Shown: positions 60,982 to 64,000 of the stretch, in pieces
How the letters are laid out: each line of letters opens with the position of its first letter
How positions within the stretch are numbered: position 1 is the stretch's first letter
Assembly (NCBI GenBank): GCA_001949185.1
Contig: BDGG01000015.1
Coordinates: forward strand, 501,036-565,035
DNA from: Ramazzottius varieornatus
Lineage: Eukaryota > Animalia > Tardigrada
DNA: 64,000 bases
Direction of reading: 5' to 3'
Notes under the pieces: model-generated
The model's input: the letters and a program-made list of their open reading frames with translations, nothing else
Databases searched by the model: none
Told to the model about the DNA's origin: nothing
Position numbers and translations under genes: made by a program

Positions 60982-63078
60982 ATGGAATTGTTCTACAATG
61001 TTATCTTCTTCCTGGTCTTCGTTATTCACCAGCTGTCAGCGCAGCAGCCCGAAGCAGCGACGACCAACGGCAAAGTGGCCATCCAGCAACCCATGGCCAA
61101 ATCTGCGGACCTTCAACAGCAACCGGAACCTCGCGGACACTCCATGTTCCCTGCATCTTCGCCTGGCCAACAGTCGGCAGGCCCACAGCGCAGCTCCAAT
61201 GTGCCGGCAGACATGAACCAAGCCTTCGGTGCGGAGCGCAGCACCTTCAACCACAACATGGCTCGCTTGGGTGGGACCAACGGTGGCAACATTCCCTTCC
61301 CCGGCCAAGAAGCAGCTCGGGAGCCTTCGCGCGAACCTTCCCGCTCTTCGCAGCGCCAAAGTCAAAGCCAGGGTCGCTTACCAACCGGAGCTGACCGCGC
61401 TTCCAGCAGTCCTGCCCGCTCTTTCAACGAAGGCAGTAATAGCCGAAGTCCCATCAGCATGAACATGGAACGCCCAAGGTGAAAAGCCAGCACTCGATCC
61501 GACTCTTGAGTAGAAAGCACATCAACCAGAGTTCCCACAAACAAGGGAAAAGTTTTCCACTCACAAAATTGTTTTAATCCAGTATCTGAATAAAAATAAC
61601 TTGCAGCAAACGATTTTGGATTTCCCATAAATTCATGCCAGTCCGTTTGAGGCTAGTTCCATGAGCTGAAAATGACTTTCATTCAGTCTTTCAATGCGAC
61701 AGCATACAGTACTGTCATTCTGCTACATTACTTTCTAAACAGAACCCGAACACAGTGTTGTTCACCTGAGCTTACTGCGACTGTCCCGGTCGGAAATGGT
61801 CGACCTAATGTCGAGTTTATTTGCAGCATGAACGAGCCGGGTTTCAACCTGGATTTCCGCGGCGGCCCTTCGCCCTTCGGTCCCCGCCAAATGGACTTTG
61901 CCCTGCTGCCCAGCCAGCAGTCCTTGCTGACCGCTGCCAGTCTGCGCAACCTGGAACAAGCCCTCCAAGCTCGTGCTGCCCTCAGCGTCATGGGTCTGGG
62001 CATGGGTCCGCGCGCCTTCGACTTTCGCCCTAACGGCAACACAGACTTTGCCGCCAGCCAGACCGACCCTGTCGCCACCTACAACCGACCTCTCTATCCT
62101 TCGCCCCGACAGGACAGCGGAGTATACCGTGGTTACGACCTGATGGTCCCCCAGTTCAGGCGACCGGACATGGCCGGACCTGGTCCAGAACCTTATGCAG
62201 CGCAGTTCCCCTTCGCTAGCTCGGAGAGTGGCCTCTATGCCGGACCGGAACCAAGCCCCAAAGCAGCTCTGGCTTATCCTAAGCCCTTGAAAGCTATCGT
62301 TGTCTTGACCAGCCAGTTTGGCATCACCGGCATCTTTAACTTCTCGCAGACTGCCGTCGATCAGCCAGTGGAGATTATCGGCAGAGTCAACGGCTTGCGA
62401 CCCGGTCAGTTGAAAAAAACACGAGAGCCCAAAATTCAGGAAGAAAAAAAGACTGTACTTCCTTAATAATTTAGAAGAAAAAAAGATTTTACCACATTGC
62501 TTTAATATCTTCTCTATGTCAGGAAATTTCTGTCCAGGGGGGGGGGGGGGCGAAGTGAATTTGATGATCAGAAGTACCAGCAGTGCCAACCATTGTTCTA
62601 GGGGATTTGAACGGTTGAATTGAACAGTTCGTTTTTAGGTGATCACGGTATTCACATTCATTCGTTCGGCGACCTGAGTCGCGGATGCGAAACTGCTGGT
62701 CCACACTTCAACCCGGAAGGAAACCACCACGGTTCGCCAGATGATGTGCAATACCAGGCTCACGCCGGCGACCTCGGAAACATCTACGTTCCTGGTCAGT
62801 ACAATATTTCCACTTTTCTTGGCATGGCAAAGAGGGATGTTTTCAGAGCTTCACACGCGACGTGTTTGGTTTTTTTTCCAGATTACGGCGCCGCTGACTT
62901 TTCCATCACCACACCGTTGATCTCGCTTTACCCGCCAGCACCGACGTTGGTCGTCGGACGTACCTTGGTAATCCACGAGAAGCCCGACGATCTCGGACGT
63001 GGTGGCGACCAGACAAGTCGCGAAACTGGAAACTCCGGCGCTAGATTAGCTTGTGGTATTATCGGAGTCTCTCACTAA
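60982..63078 (+). CDS. Secreted Cu/Zn superoxide dismutase with long N-terminal low-complexity extension (4 exons)
   Basis: Exons 60982-61478, 61827-62404, 62639-62794, 62882-63078 join in frame. HGIHIH, GC..AGPHFNP, HG.P, HAGDLGNI, GRTLVIHEKPDDLG.GG, TGNSGARLACGII; all metal ligands present. Confidence 0.9.
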
Positions 63079-63100
63079 AACTGATCACCCTGTACTAAAA

Positions 63101-63223
63101 TGGGAGCTCGGCAAACAAACTGGACAGCATCGTTTCTCCCAAGTGGCGCACGCTCTCAGCCAGACAACCTGCAAACATGCGCTACTTGACAAAGCAATCT
63201 CGTCGAGTTGTTTGTCAAGCTCC
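63101..63223. repeat. N25 palindromic element just 3' of the SOD stop
   Basis: TGGGAGCTCGGCAAACAAACT...AAGTGGCGCAC-N25-ATGCGCTACTT...TTGTTTGTCAAGCTCCC. Confidence 0.9.
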
Positions 63224-63609
63224 CGACCAATGCCCGCTCGAGCTGATGGGCAACTTTGCTCAAGACTGTGTTTGCTAAAATACCTTTTGTCCGTTACTTT
63301 ATACACACATTCTTCATAGCAGCCAAGTAAAAGATAAAAAACAAATTTCCATAAAACATATCCTCATCGTCCGAGAAACAACGCCGTAAACAGTGAATAT
63401 TTAAATTACGAAGGGAAAAAAAGAAGAACAAGGCAAATAAAAAAGAGAAAACAAATGAAAAAACCTATGCCGAGATCTGTCTTCGTACAACCTTCCGTTC
63501 CATCCATTTTCCCATCTATCTGGTCGATACAAACAACAGACAAAAAGAAAAACACATTTGCATTCAAACGTCTTCAAAATCAAGAGCAGAAAAATCAAGT
63601 TTCCTTCCT

Positions 63610-64000
63610 TTATCCCAGAATACTGTTGACAGCTTCATCCAGTGCGCTGTCCGGTTCACCATTCTCGTACATGTTCCCTGAGTGAATCGCAACGCCACTT
63701 CCGCTGCTACCACCACCAAAGCTATGGAGACTGTTGAGATTATTGTACAAGCTATACTCTTCAGACGCAAAGGCGGAAGACGGAAAAGGCAGACCGCCAT
63801 TGGCGCTGATCACCGGTTGCTGAGCTGAGCTGCCGCCCTGATCGGCCACTATACCAAACTGTGCCGACCGCCCCTCACCCCTGTGCTTCAGGGTTTCCCC
63901 AAAAGCTTGCGGGATATTTTTCAAGGGGCCATTTTCATCAGAGCCAAATTGTAAAATACTGTCAACCGCGCTTCTCATCAAGTCTTCCGGACCACTCTCA
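63610..64000 (-). CDS. 3' end of a gene truncated by the window; possibly BICRA/GLTSCR1-like
   Basis: Open frame to the window edge. MRSAVDSIL and DSALDEAVNSIL* recall C-terminal motifs of GLTSCR1-family proteins (from memory, unverified). Confidence 0.4.
   Translation of the reverse strand, partial: ESGPEDLMRSAVDSILQFGSDENGPLKNIPQAFGETLKHRGEGRSAQFGIVADQGGSSAQQPVISANGGLPFPSSAFASEEYSLYNNLNSLHSFGGGSSGSGVAIHSGNMYENGEPDSALDEAVNSILG

Overview
Eukaryotic (animal) genomic DNA with compact GT-AG intron-containing genes, two 50-N assembly gaps (7577-7626, 37670-37719) and no rRNA, tRNA or CRISPR. The gene density, short introns, GC near 48% and gene content suggest a tardigrade such as Ramazzottius (inference only). 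Genes in order: UBF-like HMG-box protein, MPC2, DNA polymerase delta catalytic subunit, a secreted Gly/Gln/Pro repeat protein, a Kazal-like secreted protein, a SUEL-type lectin plus a frameshifted paralog, an r-type opsin, TMEM230 followed 7 nt later by a GON7-like ORF, a bacterial-type PQQ glucose/sorbosone dehydrogenase with one intron, an unknown secreted protein, UBR7, a GT10 fucosyltransferase, X11/Mint, FAM161, a Cu/Zn SOD with a long N-terminal extension, and the 3' end of a possible BICRA-like gene. The most striking unexplained feature is a dispersed non-coding palindromic element, AAGTGGCGCAC-N25-GTGCGCCACTT inside a ~120-bp fold-back. It occurs at about 30 loci (roughly 45 units, hand count), mostly in introns, singly or in ~80-bp-period tandem arrays, and keeps a 25-nt spacer length despite heavy sequence divergence. 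Several DNA transposons are also present: nested hAT-like MITEs with 8-bp TSDs, TA-flanked elements, and a decayed pogo-like element with ~160-bp TIRs. All exon boundaries and counts were read by eye.
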